Of a DNA stretch of 63,023 nucleotides, positions 9,320 to 19,944 are shown one piece after another (within the stretch, counting starts at the first letter, position 1; every line of letters begins with the position of its first letter). Below the pieces are notes generated by a model. It was not told where the DNA came from. It saw only the letters and a list, made by a program, of their open reading frames with translations, and did no database searches. The DNA comes from Gemmatimonadota bacterium. GTDB lineage: Bacteria; Gemmatimonadota; Gemmatimonadetes; Longimicrobiales; RSA9. A program made the position numbers and the translations under genes. The stretch covers positions 1 through 63,023 of the forward strand of contig JBBDRO010000100.1 in assembly GCA_040905425.1 (NCBI GenBank). The letters are read 5' to 3'.

Positions 9320-10992
9320 TCACCGGATGCGGAAACCCTCGCCGAGACCGGTGCCGCGCAACTCGAGCGCGGAGCGCGGGTGCGGCGTGTTCGGCAGCGG
9401 CGCGTCCCAGGCCGTGCTGTCGGCGCGCTCCGGGACGAGAACCTGCAGACCGGAAGAGGTCGTGAACGTGTCCACGGGCACCGTACGTGTGGGCTGCGGT
9501 GCCGCGAACCATACGCGCGTGAATGGGTTGCGCACGACGCCGAGCAAAGCCAGGACCAGTACGGCAGCCGCCGCAAACGGCCACCCGCGCCAGGCATGCT
9601 GCGCCACCGACAGCGCCATGACCACCGGCAGCCACGCCAGCGCGGCGGCCACCCAGGGAGCGCCATAGAGGAAGCGTGGGTCCGGCGCCGTGGCGAACCA
9701 GAAGAGCGCTACTGCGGCCAGTTGGAACCAGAGCGACAGCCACCCGTGCAGGCGCTCCGGCGCGGACCACCACGCGGACCCCTTCCTGACCACTACGAGG
9801 AAACCCGTGAGCATCACGAGGAGCGGCGGTCCCAGGGCATGGATGGCGGGGCCGGACCACCCGCGCAGCCACCGCCAGGTCGAAAGTACCACCTCCGGAT
9901 CCCCGAAAGGTTCGCGGGCCCAGGTGCGGATCTCGGCGCTCGCCGCGGCGGCATGGGCCGGCGGCACCGCCCAGTCCGCGCCGATGCCGCCCAGCGTGGC
10001 CGGAAACAGCGGATAACCGCTCAGCACCAGCCCGCGCAGCACCCATGCCGTGAGCAGTAGCGCGGCGGCCAGCGCGGCACCCGCGTAGCATCGGGCCGGG
10101 AACCGTCCGGCGCCCGCCGGTCGTGCGGCCACCGTGGCGATGAGGGCGGCCGCGCCCCCCCACGCCAGCATGCTCAGCTTGACGGTCACCGCCGCCGCAC
10201 CGAGCACCCAGAGCGCGCCCGCCGCATGGGTCCGCGCGCGAGCGTCCACGCTCCAGAGCGCGTCCGCCAGCACAAGGACGAGGATGTAGCTGAGTACCAG
10301 CACAGCGGTGTCCGGCACGGGACTCGAAAAGGCGTTGTAGACGGCCGCGTGGGCAACCGGGATCAGGAGGACCACCCGGGTGCGTCGAGCGTATCACTGT
10401 GCCGCACCAGGCGGACGAGCGGGCGAACGAGCTCCGCGAGCAACGCCACGTAGAGGATGCCGTTGACCAGGCGGTGCCCGTCGAGGCCCGGCAGCGGATG
10501 ATCGAGCCCGGCCACCAGGAGGAAATAGCTCTGATTGAAGGCCAGCCGTGCGTGCAGATTCCCGAGGCCCGGCACCAGGGCATGTTCGGTTGCCCAGCGG
10601 ACGTTGGCAAAGTGGTAGAGTCCGCTGTCATACACGGTGGCTTCGCCGAGCGCCCGGTTGGCCAGTACCAGCACGGCGGGCAGGAGGAGCAGCAGCGCCA
10701 CGCCGTAGGCACCGGGACGTGCCACGCCCGCCGAACCGCGCCCCGAGCGGAACCCCGCCAGACCAACCCCGAGCAGCAGGAGCGCCGCGCGCCCGTCCAC
10801 GGGCAGCAGCAGATGCCAGAGCTGGAGGAAGGCCAGGCAGCCCGCCAGGCCCAACCAGAAGGCGGGCGGACTGGTGCCGTCCTCACCGGGCGGGGGAAGG
10901 ATGAGGCGCAGCAGTCGCCCCAGACCCACCAGCACCACGGCCGCCAGCGTACCCCAGACCAACAGCAGCGCGGTCCAGACCAGCCCGATCAC
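9320..10992 (-). pseudogene. polytopic membrane protein (LIC_10190-like) split by a frameshift near 10375-10385
   Basis: Hydrophobic ORFs 10363-10992 (YDSGLYH...PGLGNLHARLAFN) and 9320-10375 (SPVPD, VKLS, SGYPLFP, APDPRF) overlap in different frames and read like two halves of one protein. Confidence 0.6.
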
Positions 10993-11011
10993 GAGACCCT
11001 CCTGCGCCCCC

Positions 11012-12664
11012 TCACCACTCCGAACGCAGGCTGCGCGCGTGGCGGAGGGGATTCTCCAGCAGGTGCGTGGGCAGCAGGAGCACCAACAGGAACATGGCGA
11101 ACGCCGCGAGCAGACCCGTGATCAGCAGGTAGACGTTGCCCGCCGCCAGGAAGATGACGGCGGAGATGAGCGCCACGGTGAGCGCGAAGATGGAGAGCAG
11201 GATGCGGCGGATCTGGAGGAGCAGGAAGCGCTCCGAGTGCAGGATGTCCCGCGGGTGGATGCGCACCCGGAACTCCTCACGGTCGGCGCGTCCGAGCACG
11301 TCGCGCATGGCGGAGAAGGCACCCCGCGCCTCGTCCCAGACCCCGCGCGCGATCTCCTGCGGCTCCCGGACCGTGGCCTGCAGAAGCTCCGTCTTCATGG
11401 TGCGGATCACCGGCCGGACGGCTTCCAGACCGTTGAAGGTGGCGTCGTAGCGGAAGCCGATGCCCTCCAGCAGCGCCGCGGCGCGGAAGAAGTAGACCAG
11501 CTCGCGCGGCAGGATGAGCGGCCACGTGTAGAAGGTGTTCATGATCTCCTGGATGGCCTGCTGGGCGCGCTTCATGCCCAGCTCCCGCACCCGCTCCACC
11601 ACCGCCAGGATCTCCGCCGCCGCGTCGCGGATCTCGGCGCGCGAGATGGCAGGATCGATCATGCCCAGCGCGTACATGCCGTTGATCATGCCGTCCAGGT
11701 CATCCCGACCGGCGGCCAGTGCCACGCGCAGGATGGACTCCCGGTGGCCGCGGCTCATCTGCACCACCATGCCCCAGTCCAGGAAGACCACGGTGCCGTC
11801 CGCCTGGACCAGGATGTTGCCGGGATGCGGGTCGGCATGGAGGAAGCCCTCCACCAGCATCATGCGCAGGTAGACCTCGCTGAGCGTGGCCATGAGCTGC
11901 TGGAAGTCCAGTTCGCCGCGCGCGAAGCGGGGCGCCAGGCGATCCACGCGCTCGCCGTCCACCCATTCCATGACCAGCACCCGCCGCCGCGTGAGCGTCT
12001 CCTCCACCTGCGGCGCCCGCACGCGCGTGTCCTCCGCGAAGTGCTTGTGGAAGAGCGCGATGTGGCGCGCCTCGTCACGGAAATCCATCTCCTCGCGCAC
12101 CCGCACGCTGAACTCCCGCACCACGGTGGAGAGGGCACGCACGTGGTGGTTGGGGAAGAGCACGTTCAGCCACAGCAGGATGCGGAAGGAGATGTCCAGG
12201 TCCAGCGCCACCAGCTCCTCCACGCCCGGGCGCAGGATCTTGACGGCCATGGCGCGGCCGGCCAGGGTGGCGCGATGCACCTGGCCCAGGCTGGCCGCCG
12301 CCACGGGCGTCTCCTCCAGCGTGTCGAAGACCTGCTCGTGCGGCTGGCCCAGCTCCTCCTCGAGGACGCGGCAAACGTCCTCCCAGCGATCCGGCGGCAC
12401 CTGGTCCTGCAGGCGACTCACCGCCGTGAGGTAGGGCTCCGGCAGGATGTCGGCGCGGGCGCCGAAGACCTGGGCCAGCTTGATGAAGGTGGGGCCCAGG
12501 CGGGCGATGGTGGCGGTGAGGCGCTCGGCGCGGCGGCTGTGGTGCTCCCCGCTGCGCGAGGCGGGCCGGCCCAGCAGGATCCAACGGCGCCGGTCCCGCA
12601 GGAAGGCCACCAGGAAGGGCAGCAGGGCCGCCAGGATCCGCCAGGACCGGCGCCAGCGCTTCAC
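11012..12664 (-). CDS. AarF/UbiB (ABC1) family protein kinase
   Basis: LGPTFIKLAQ, AAASLGQVH, AVKILRP, HADPHPGN, LDWGM. Confidence 0.93.
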   Translation of the reverse strand: MKRWRRSWRILAALLPFLVAFLRDRRRWILLGRPASRSGEHHSRRAERLTATIARLGPTFIKLAQVFGARADILPEPYLTAVSRLQDQVPPDRWEDVCRVLEEELGQPHEQVFDTLEETPVAAASLGQVHRATLAGRAMAVKILRPGVEELVALDLDISFRILLWLNVLFPNHHVRALSTVVREFSVRVREEMDFRDEARHIALFHKHFAEDTRVRAPQVEETLTRRRVLVMEWVDGERVDRLAPRFARGELDFQQLMATLSEVYLRMMLVEGFLHADPHPGNILVQADGTVVFLDWGMVVQMSRGHRESILRVALAAGRDDLDGMINGMYALGMIDPAISRAEIRDAAAEILAVVERVRELGMKRAQQAIQEIMNTFYTWPLILPRELVYFFRAAALLEGIGFRYDATFNGLEAVRPVIRTMKTELLQATVREPQEIARGVWDEARGAFSAMRDVLGRADREEFRVRIHPRDILHSERFLLLQIRRILLSIFALTVALISAVIFLAAGNVYLLITGLLAAFAMFLLVLLLPTHLLENPLRHARSLRSEW

Positions 12665-13320
12665 GGTGGTGGCGGTGGCGCCGTGGTCGGCGCGGCAAAG
12701 GGAACGCTGGCGGCGCGCTGGAGCGTGTCGGGGCGGACGGAGCCCGCGGAGAGGATGTAGGTAAAGGCCTCATCCACGCTCATGGCCAGCGGCTTCACCC
12801 TGTCCCGGGAGACCACCACGAGCCACCCCGAGGTGGGATTCGGCGTGGTCGGCACGAAGACGCTGACCGCGTCCGGCACCTGAGCGCGCATGGTGTCGGG
12901 CGCGTCACCCGCCAGAAAGCCAATGGCATAGCGTCCATCGGCGGGATACTCCACCAGCACCACGGAGGTGAAGGGGCGCGTCTGGCCGCGGAAGATGGTG
13001 CCCACGATGCGGTGCGATGCGCTGTAGATGCGGCGAGCCAACGGGATACGCTCGAGCCAGCCGTGCCAGAGCGCCACGATGCGCGAGCCGATGGTGCGCT
13101 CCGCCGCCCACCCCACGATGACCAGCAGGAGCAGCAGGGCCACGAGGCCCAGACCCGGGATCGGATAGGGCAGGTACGGATTCAGCATCCGGCCCAGGAT
13201 CCCGTCCACCGTCTGGAAGAGCCACCACAGTACGGCGGCCGTGATGCCGATCGGCGCGATGACCACGAGCCCGGCCAGCAGGTGGCGCCGGAAGGCCGGG
13301 CGCAGGTTGCCCCTGCTCAT
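12661..13320 (-). CDS. DUF502 family membrane protein
   Basis: LAGLVVIAPIGIT, VLVEYP, VFVPTTPNPTSG. Confidence 0.88.
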   Translation of the reverse strand: MSRGNLRPAFRRHLLAGLVVIAPIGITAAVLWWLFQTVDGILGRMLNPYLPYPIPGLGLVALLLLLVIVGWAAERTIGSRIVALWHGWLERIPLARRIYSASHRIVGTIFRGQTRPFTSVVLVEYPADGRYAIGFLAGDAPDTMRAQVPDAVSVFVPTTPNPTSGWLVVVSRDRVKPLAMSVDEAFTYILSAGSVRPDTLQRAASVPFAAPTTAPPPPP

Positions 13321-13781
13321 GGCCGGCTGATGGCGCCTACGATGCGCTCCTGCAGCGCCCACATGGGGGAGGCGGTCCGCTCCGGGCCCTCGGGGTGGTC
13401 CCAGCCCAGCACGTGCAGACTGCCGTGGACGGCCAGCCGCGTCACCTCCTCCTCCACTGGGCAGCCATTCTCCTGTGCCTGGCGGAGTGCGGCCTCCCAG
13501 CCGATGTAGACGTCACCCACCGGCGGGTCCCCCTCCTCCCAGAGGGGAAAGGCAATGACGTCCGTGGTGTCGTCGCGCTGTAGCCACTGCCGGTTCAGCT
13601 CCCGCATGCTGGCGTCATCCAGCAGCGTGAGGGACAGCTCGGCGCGCGTCACACCCTCCTGGGCGAGCGCGGCGCGGGCACCTGCCGCCGCGGCATCCAG
13701 CGCGGCCGTGATGCCGGCATCCTGGTCGGCAGTCTCCTCCGTCAATGTGCCGCCGAGCTGAGCGGTGATCGTGGGGGACAT
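13317..13781 (-). CDS. ybeY: rRNA maturation endoribonuclease YbeY
   Basis: LNRQW, TDVIAF, GDVYI, HGSLHVLGWDH; start moved to ATG at 13781. Confidence 0.9.
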   Translation of the reverse strand: MSPTITAQLGGTLTEETADQDAGITAALDAAAAGARAALAQEGVTRAELSLTLLDDASMRELNRQWLQRDDTTDVIAFPLWEEGDPPVGDVYIGWEAALRQAQENGCPVEEEVTRLAVHGSLHVLGWDHPEGPERTASPMWALQERIVGAISRP

Positions 13782-13788
13782 CGTGGGT

Positions 13789-16155
13789 TCAGCTATCCAC
13801 GTGACCGGCACCGTGGGGAGCCGGCTCATCGGTCGGCTCATCGGTCGGCTCATCGGTCGCTTCGTCAGCCGGCTGCGCCGCCGTGTCCGCGGCGGAGCTT
13901 CCGGAGGTGTCCGTGTCGTCCCCCGCCGCAGCCGGTCGGTCAGGGGGCGGACTGGGCATGGTGGGATAGTCGATGCGGTGGTGGTACATGCCCGACAGCA
14001 CCGTCGTGAACTGCCGCTTGACCTCCTCCAGCTCGCGCAGGGTGAGGGGTGCGTCCACGAGCTGGCCCTGGGCCATCTTGCCTTCCACGATCCGGTCCAC
14101 CAGCGAGCGGATGCGCTCGGGCGTGGGCTCGGCCAGCACCTTGGTGGCGGACTCCACCGAATCGGCCAGCATGAGGATGGCCGTTTCCCGGGTCTGCGGC
14201 AGTGGCCCCGGATAGGCAAAGTCCGTGGGATCCAGCGGCCGGTCCGGATCCTCCTGGCGCGCCTTGTCCATGAAGAAGCCGATCGACTGGGTGCCGTGGT
14301 GCTCGGGGATGAACGCGCGCACCGACTCGGGCAGCTTGTGCTGCTCGGCCAGCTTCATGCCCTCGGTGACATGATTCCGCACGATGGTGGCCGACACGTC
14401 CGGATCCAGCCGATCATGCGGATTGCGCCCGCGCGCCTGGTTCTCGATGAAGTAGTGCGGGGACTTCATCTTGCCCACATCGTGGTAATAGGCGCCCACC
14501 CGCACGAGCAGCGTGTTGGCGTCGATGCCGCGCGCCGCGGCCTCCGCCAGGTTGGCCACGTTGATGGAATGGGCGTAGGTGCCGCTGGCCTCCAGGGAGA
14601 GCCGCTTCAGCAGCGGGCGGTTCAGGTCCGCCAGCTCGAGCAACGTCTGGTCCGTGGTGATGCGCGTGAATGCCTCGAAGAGCGGCAGGAAGCCCATGGC
14701 CAGCAGCGCGGCGCCCATACCGTTCACGGCGCCCCACATCATGCACGTCAGCGCCTCGGTCAGGGGTTCGGAGCGCAGCAGCGCCAGCGCCAGGCAGGTC
14801 ACGGCGTAGGCGCCGGCCACCACTGAACCCAGGACGAGTCCCTGCGCCCGCCGCCGTACCACGCGCACGCTGAGCGCCGCCGCGGCGCCGCCGACGATCA
14901 TGGTGAGGCGCGGCGCCATGCCCACGAACGGCGTCTGGGCCGACAGCAGGATGGCCAGCACCAGCGCCACGTTGAGCGCCATACGGCCGTCCCACAACAT
15001 GGCCACCACCAGCACCGGGAAGGCCAGCGGGACCAGTTCCGCGGGCGCCGCCGCCCGGGCAATGGCCGCGGCCGCGCCGGTCGTGATGCCGAAGAGTCCC
15101 ACGAGCAGCAGGATGTGCCGGACGTCCCGGTACACGGTGGGTCGATAGAAGAAGATCACCAGCCCGAAGATGGCCAGCAGCGCCGTGTTCAGGATGAAGG
15201 CCCCGGTGGCCCGCCGCCAGCGGTCCGCCCCCGGCTGCAGCAGCCCCTCGGCGCGCAGGTGCTCCTGATAGGCCTCCAGCCGCTGCAGGTCGTCCTCCGT
15301 GACCTGTTGGCGGGCGGGCACCACCCGCTCGCCTTCCATCACCTCACCCTTGGTGAGCGCCACCATACTGCGCGCAAGCGCCCGATTGGCCTCGGTGGTG
15401 GAGGTGTCCAGCAGCAGGCTCGGCCGGAAGAGGCGGATCAGCACGAGCCGCTGAAATTCCTTCAAGCCCGGCGGGGCACCATCCAGGAAGTCCGCCGCCG
15501 ACGAGAAGAAGGTCTGTCCGGTGGGGATGGAGTCGCGCGGCACCGTCTGTTGCCCGCCGTCGGGCAGGTTGATCTCGGCCATCTGGCTGCGTTCGTCCAG
15601 TTCCGCGCTCTGCGCCACCCCGCGCGGCAGGTTGGTGCGCACGGCCTGCTCGAGCGAGGTCCGCAACAGGTTGCGGTTGCCCGGCTCGAGCAGCAGGTCC
15701 ACATCGGCTGTGTTCTCCTGAAACCCGTAGCTATCCAGGACCGCCCCCACCGCGTCACGCCGGGCCGACGCATCCCCGTTCACCGCCGCCGCGCTATCCA
15801 GTTGCTCCACGAATTCGCGCACGGCGGGCAGCATGCTGTCCACCGCCTCAGGATCGTAGTTGAAGACCAGCGGCACGGACGCGGCAGCCTCATCGCGCTG
15901 CCGTGACAACTCCTCCAAGGACTTCGGAATGGAGAAGGTCATGTCCGCCACGATGTCATTCTCGAGCACCTCCCCCCGCTCCGCCGTCGGCAGGTCGGGC
16001 GCGGGCAGGATCGGGAAGAGCACCTGAATCAGCAGCGCCAGGCCGAGCAGCAGCGCCACGCGCGCGCCGTGGTGCACCACCCCGTCCGGCCAGGTGTGCG
16101 GTGGCTCCTGGCTCAGCAGGGTTCTCAGGCGCGTGAACGCCTCACCGAAAGGCAT
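13789..16155 (-). CDS. 7TM-HD (HDIG) metal-dependent phosphohydrolase, PgpH-like
   Basis: Extracellular domain, several TM helices, GTYAHS, YYHDVGK, EHHGT, MLADSVE; phoH-HD-ybeY synteny. Confidence 0.88.
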   Translation of the reverse strand: MPFGEAFTRLRTLLSQEPPHTWPDGVVHHGARVALLLGLALLIQVLFPILPAPDLPTAERGEVLENDIVADMTFSIPKSLEELSRQRDEAAASVPLVFNYDPEAVDSMLPAVREFVEQLDSAAAVNGDASARRDAVGAVLDSYGFQENTADVDLLLEPGNRNLLRTSLEQAVRTNLPRGVAQSAELDERSQMAEINLPDGGQQTVPRDSIPTGQTFFSSAADFLDGAPPGLKEFQRLVLIRLFRPSLLLDTSTTEANRALARSMVALTKGEVMEGERVVPARQQVTEDDLQRLEAYQEHLRAEGLLQPGADRWRRATGAFILNTALLAIFGLVIFFYRPTVYRDVRHILLLVGLFGITTGAAAAIARAAAPAELVPLAFPVLVVAMLWDGRMALNVALVLAILLSAQTPFVGMAPRLTMIVGGAAAALSVRVVRRRAQGLVLGSVVAGAYAVTCLALALLRSEPLTEALTCMMWGAVNGMGAALLAMGFLPLFEAFTRITTDQTLLELADLNRPLLKRLSLEASGTYAHSINVANLAEAAARGIDANTLLVRVGAYYHDVGKMKSPHYFIENQARGRNPHDRLDPDVSATIVRNHVTEGMKLAEQHKLPESVRAFIPEHHGTQSIGFFMDKARQEDPDRPLDPTDFAYPGPLPQTRETAILMLADSVESATKVLAEPTPERIRSLVDRIVEGKMAQGQLVDAPLTLRELEEVKRQFTTVLSGMYHHRIDYPTMPSPPPDRPAAAGDDTDTSGSSAADTAAQPADEATDEPTDEPTDEPAPHGAGHVDS
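13822..13858. repeat. 12-bp tandem repeat x3 encoding (DEPT)n in the HD protein tail
   Basis: CGGCTCATCGGT occurs three times in tandem. Confidence 0.8.
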
Positions 16156-16157
16156 AT

Positions 16158-17132
16158 TCAGACGTCCGCCCGCTCTAGGTCGGCCGCGTAGGCCTGGATG
16201 ATGTCCTTCACCAGGCGGTGGCGGACCACGTCGAGCTCGTTCAGATAGATCAGTGAGATCCCCTCGATGCCCTTCAGGATGCGCTCCACCTGCAGCAGGC
16301 CCGAGTCGGCGGGGCGCGGCAGGTCGATCTGCGTCTTGTCCCCGGTGATGACCACGCGCGAGTTCAGCCCCAGGCGCGTGAGGAACATCTTCATCTGCGC
16401 GGTGGTGGCGTTCTGTGCCTCGTCCAGAATGACGAAGGCGTCGGCCAGCGTGCGCCCCCGCATGTAGGCCAGCGGCGCGATCTCGATGGTGCGGCTCTCC
16501 AGCGCGCGCCGTACCCAGTCCGCGGGCATCATGTCCTCGAGCGCGTCGTAGAGCGGTCGCAGGTAGGGATCCACCTTCTCCTGCAGGTCACCCGGCAGGA
16601 AGCCCAGGTTCTCACCGGCCTCCACGGCCGGCCGGGCCAGGATGATGCGCTTCACGCGGTTCTTGCGCAGCGCGTCCACGGCCGCGGCCACCGCCAGGTA
16701 CGTCTTGCCCGTACCCGCGGGGCCGATGGCAATGACGATGTCGTGCTTGGCGATGGCCTCCAGATAGTCCGCCTGCCCCTCCGACTTGGCGGCGATGAGC
16801 TTCTTGAGCCCGGCCAGCAGGACCTGCTCATCCACCCGCCGCACGGGCAGCGCGCCCGGCGGGCGCGCGTCGGCGGCGTCGAAGGCGCGGCGGATGTCCT
16901 CCGTGTCGAACGGCTGGCCCACGCGCGCGTGCTCGATCAGCCGCTCCGCCACGGGCACCGCGCGCTCCACGCCCACCACGTCACCCGACAGGATGACGTG
17001 GTCGCCGCGCAGGATGACGCGGGCGCCCGACAGGCGCGCCAGCTCCTGGAGGTGGGCGTCATTCACCCCCGCCAGCAGCAGGAAGTCGGCGCCCTCGGCG
17101 GTCAGCCGGTGTTCCACCATGGATCCGTCCAT
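16158..17132 (-). CDS. phoH: PhoH family ATPase
   Basis: [39 protein letters not shown]. Confidence 0.95.
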   Translation of the reverse strand: MDGSMVEHRLTAEGADFLLLAGVNDAHLQELARLSGARVILRGDHVILSGDVVGVERAVPVAERLIEHARVGQPFDTEDIRRAFDAADARPPGALPVRRVDEQVLLAGLKKLIAAKSEGQADYLEAIAKHDIVIAIGPAGTGKTYLAVAAAVDALRKNRVKRIILARPAVEAGENLGFLPGDLQEKVDPYLRPLYDALEDMMPADWVRRALESRTIEIAPLAYMRGRTLADAFVILDEAQNATTAQMKMFLTRLGLNSRVVITGDKTQIDLPRPADSGLLQVERILKGIEGISLIYLNELDVVRHRLVKDIIQAYAADLERADV

Positions 17133-19025
17133 CTATTTCCCTCCCGCGGCGAGCGGGGCCAGGTGCAGATCGGCCAGTTCGGCCGGGCTCACGGGCGACG
17201 GCGCCCCCTCGAAGAGCGCCCGCGCCGCCGTGGTCTTGGGATACGCGATCACGTCCCGCAGGCTGGCCGCGCCCACCAGCAGCATGACCAGCCGGTCGAA
17301 GCCGAAGGCAAAGCCGCCATGGGGCGGCGCCCCGTAGCGGAACGCCTCCAGCAGGAAGCCGAACTTGGCCTCCGCCTCCTCCGCGCCGATGCCGAGCGCG
17401 CGGAAGACGCTCCGCTGCAGCTCGGGCTCGTGAATACGAATCGATCCACTGGCCAGCTCATGGCCGTTGTAGACCGCGTCGTACGAGCGGGACCGGAGCC
17501 CCGCCTGGTAGAGCGCCCGTAGCCCCGCGTCGTCCGGCGGACCGTCCGCCGTGGCCGCAAGGAGCCGCTCCACGTCCGCCCCGTGCGGTGCCGTGAACGG
17601 ATGGTGGGCGGCCACCGGCCGCCCGGTGGCGTCATCCCACTCGAACATCGGGAAGTCCACCACCCACAGCCAGCGGTGGGCGTCCTCCTCCACCAGCTCC
17701 AGACGCTCGCCCAGATGCCGCCGCAGCGCGTCCAGCGCGGGCTCGATGGTGGCCGTGCCCGGCGCCGGCGCCTCCCCTTCCGTCACCTCGGGATCCAGCG
17801 TGGGCCCCACCACCGCCACGAACAGGTCCCCCTCGGCCATACCCGTGGCCTCAAGGAAGCCGCCCTCCATCTCCCCGGCCAGCGCCTTCGCGAAGGGACC
17901 CGAAAAGCCGTCCGGCCCGCGACGCACGTAGAGGGCGCCCGCGGCGCCCGCGTCCTGCGCGATCCCGGTCAGTGCGTCCAGTTCGCGCCGCGAGAGGCCT
18001 GCTCCACCGGGTGCCAGGATACCCCGGATGCGCTGAGCGGTGCCCATCGTCGCTTGAAAGATGCGAAAATCCGCCTGCCGCAGGAGCTCCGTGTGGTCCG
18101 TGACCTCGAGCGGATTGCGCAGATCCGGCTTGTCGGCGCCGTAGCGCCGCAGCGCATCCCCCCAGGTGAGGCGCGGGAAGGGCGTCTCCAGGGTGACGCC
18201 CAGAATGCCCTCCCAGAGCGCCGCGAGCATCCGTTCCGCCACGCGGAAGACGTCCTCCTCGTCCACGAAGGACATCTCGGCGTCGATCTGCGTGAACTCC
18301 AGCTGGCGGTCGGCGCGCAGGTCCTCATCCCGCAGACAACGCGCGATCTGGAAGTAGCGGTCGTAGCCCGACACCATGAGCAGCTGCTTGTAGAGCTGCG
18401 GCGACTGCGGCAACGCGTAGCACTCGCCCGGGTGCTCCCGGCTGGGCACGAGGAAATCGCGCGCGCCCTCGGGGGTGCGGCGCGTCAGCATGGGCGTCTC
18501 GATCTCCAGGAAGCCGTCCGCGGAAAGCTGGTTGCGCACCAGCTGCGCGGCCCGGTGGCGCACCATGAGCGCGCGCTGCAGCTCCTCGCGGCGCAGATCC
18601 AGGAAGCGCCAGCGCAGGCGCAGATCCTCACCAGGGAGCTCGTCGTCCCCCTGCCGGGCGACGGGGATGGGCGGCGTCTCGGCCATCGAGAGCACGTGAT
18701 AAGCGACGACGCGCACCTCCACCTCCCCGGTGGGAAGGTCCCGGTTCGCCTGCCCCGCGGGCCGCGGCTGCACCTCCCCTTCCACGCGGAGCACGCTCTC
18801 GGCGCCCAGGCGGCCGGCGCGCTCCACCTCCGCGGCGCCGATGACGCCCGGATCGAAGGAGAGCTGCACGCGGCCCGTGCGGTCACGCAGGTCGATGAAG
18901 ACCAGGCCGCCCAGGTCACGTCGGCGGTGCACCCAGCCGGCCAGGCGCACGCGGCTGCCCACGTGGCTGGCCCGGAGCACGCCGGCGTTGTGACTACGCA
19001 TGGCGGTGGGGAGATTCTCGGTCAT
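17133..19025 (-). CDS. aspS: aspartate--tRNA ligase
   Basis: GWVHRRRDLGG, TPEGARDF, LPQSPQ, RDEDLRADRQ, GAPPHGG. Confidence 0.97.
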   Translation of the reverse strand: MTENLPTAMRSHNAGVLRASHVGSRVRLAGWVHRRRDLGGLVFIDLRDRTGRVQLSFDPGVIGAAEVERAGRLGAESVLRVEGEVQPRPAGQANRDLPTGEVEVRVVAYHVLSMAETPPIPVARQGDDELPGEDLRLRWRFLDLRREELQRALMVRHRAAQLVRNQLSADGFLEIETPMLTRRTPEGARDFLVPSREHPGECYALPQSPQLYKQLLMVSGYDRYFQIARCLRDEDLRADRQLEFTQIDAEMSFVDEEDVFRVAERMLAALWEGILGVTLETPFPRLTWGDALRRYGADKPDLRNPLEVTDHTELLRQADFRIFQATMGTAQRIRGILAPGGAGLSRRELDALTGIAQDAGAAGALYVRRGPDGFSGPFAKALAGEMEGGFLEATGMAEGDLFVAVVGPTLDPEVTEGEAPAPGTATIEPALDALRRHLGERLELVEEDAHRWLWVVDFPMFEWDDATGRPVAAHHPFTAPHGADVERLLAATADGPPDDAGLRALYQAGLRSRSYDAVYNGHELASGSIRIHEPELQRSVFRALGIGAEEAEAKFGFLLEAFRYGAPPHGGFAFGFDRLVMLLVGAASLRDVIAYPKTTAARALFEGAPSPVSPAELADLHLAPLAAGGK

Positions 19026-19041
19026 GCCTTCTCGCTGTCCG

Positions 19042-19413
19042 TCAATCGTCGTGATCGTCTGCCGTGGGGAGCATCCGCCGCCGGCGCACGCTCAGCGCGA
19101 AGCCCGCGAGCACGCCCGCGGTATCCGCCACCAGGTCCCCCCACTCGGCGCTCCGCCCCGGCACGGAACGCTGGTTCAGCTCGTCCATGGGGCCCACCAG
19201 CAGGGCCAGACAGAGCGGGATCAGGGCCCGCCGGGGCCAGTGCGCCCACAGCCACCCCAGTCCGGTCAGCACGCCCAGCACGCCGTAGAGCGCCAGGTGC
19301 GCCGCCTTGTCCAGCGGCAAGTCGGTCGAGGGGCCGGGTGCTCCGGACCAGCTTCCCAGCGCCAGCAGCCCCAGCGCCCAGGCCACGCCCGGCACGTACG
19401 CCCGTGCGCTCAC
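19042..19413 (-). CDS. VanZ-like family membrane protein
   Basis: DKAAHLALYG...DELNQ..VPGR....DLVAD pattern; start estimated at GTG 19413. Confidence 0.75.
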   Translation of the reverse strand: MSARAYVPGVAWALGLLALGSWSGAPGPSTDLPLDKAAHLALYGVLGVLTGLGWLWAHWPRRALIPLCLALLVGPMDELNQRSVPGRSAEWGDLVADTAGVLAGFALSVRRRRMLPTADDHDD

Positions 19414-19559
19414 GGCACTGGGCGCCGCACGCGCGCGCCGAACGGTCGTGGGGGAGTGGACAAGATGGCGGCGCCGTGGTGGACCGACAAGCTGGCGGCG
19501 GGGGCCGGACATGGCGGGGGGGGCTTCGCGCCAGGAGGCGGCGCGGCTAGATTCCAACC

Positions 19560-19931
19560 ATGGCAGGTAAACTCAGCCCCAAGGCACAGGCGCAGCTCGC
19601 GGCACTCGCTGAGCTCGAAAAGAAGATCCAGCATCTCTACAGCCTGGTGGAGACGTTCGCCGCTGAACGGAAGAACCCCGACTCCGTGGCTCAGACGGTC
19701 AAGCGGGGCTTCGGGCGGCTCAAGATCCAGCTCATGGGCGCGGGCTTCGACACCATGTCGCAGCTGTGCGGCTCCATGGAGATCGCCGCCCGTCGCGGCC
19801 TCGCGCAGGGGCAGAAGGCGCGCATCCTCCGCGAGGGCGTGGGCTCGCTGCGCTTCCAGCTGGACATGACCCAGCGGGGCGTGCTGGCGGACGAGGAGGC
19901 GCGGCAGCGGCTGGAGGAGAAGGACGCCTAG
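19560..19931 (+). CDS. hypothetical helical protein, HPt-like bundle
   Basis: Good high-GC codon usage; RLKIQLMGAGFDTMSQLCGSME resembles the HPt pattern LKGxAxxxG...LCxxLE. Confidence 0.7.
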   Translation: MAGKLSPKAQAQLAALAELEKKIQHLYSLVETFAAERKNPDSVAQTVKRGFGRLKIQLMGAGFDTMSQLCGSMEIAARRGLAQGQKARILREGVGSLRFQLDMTQRGVLADEEARQRLEEKDA

Positions 19932-19944
19932 CAGGATGGCGGGC

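Noticed and set aside
13789..17132. phoH-HD-ybeY as a novel system
   Set aside because: Well-known conserved gene neighbourhood
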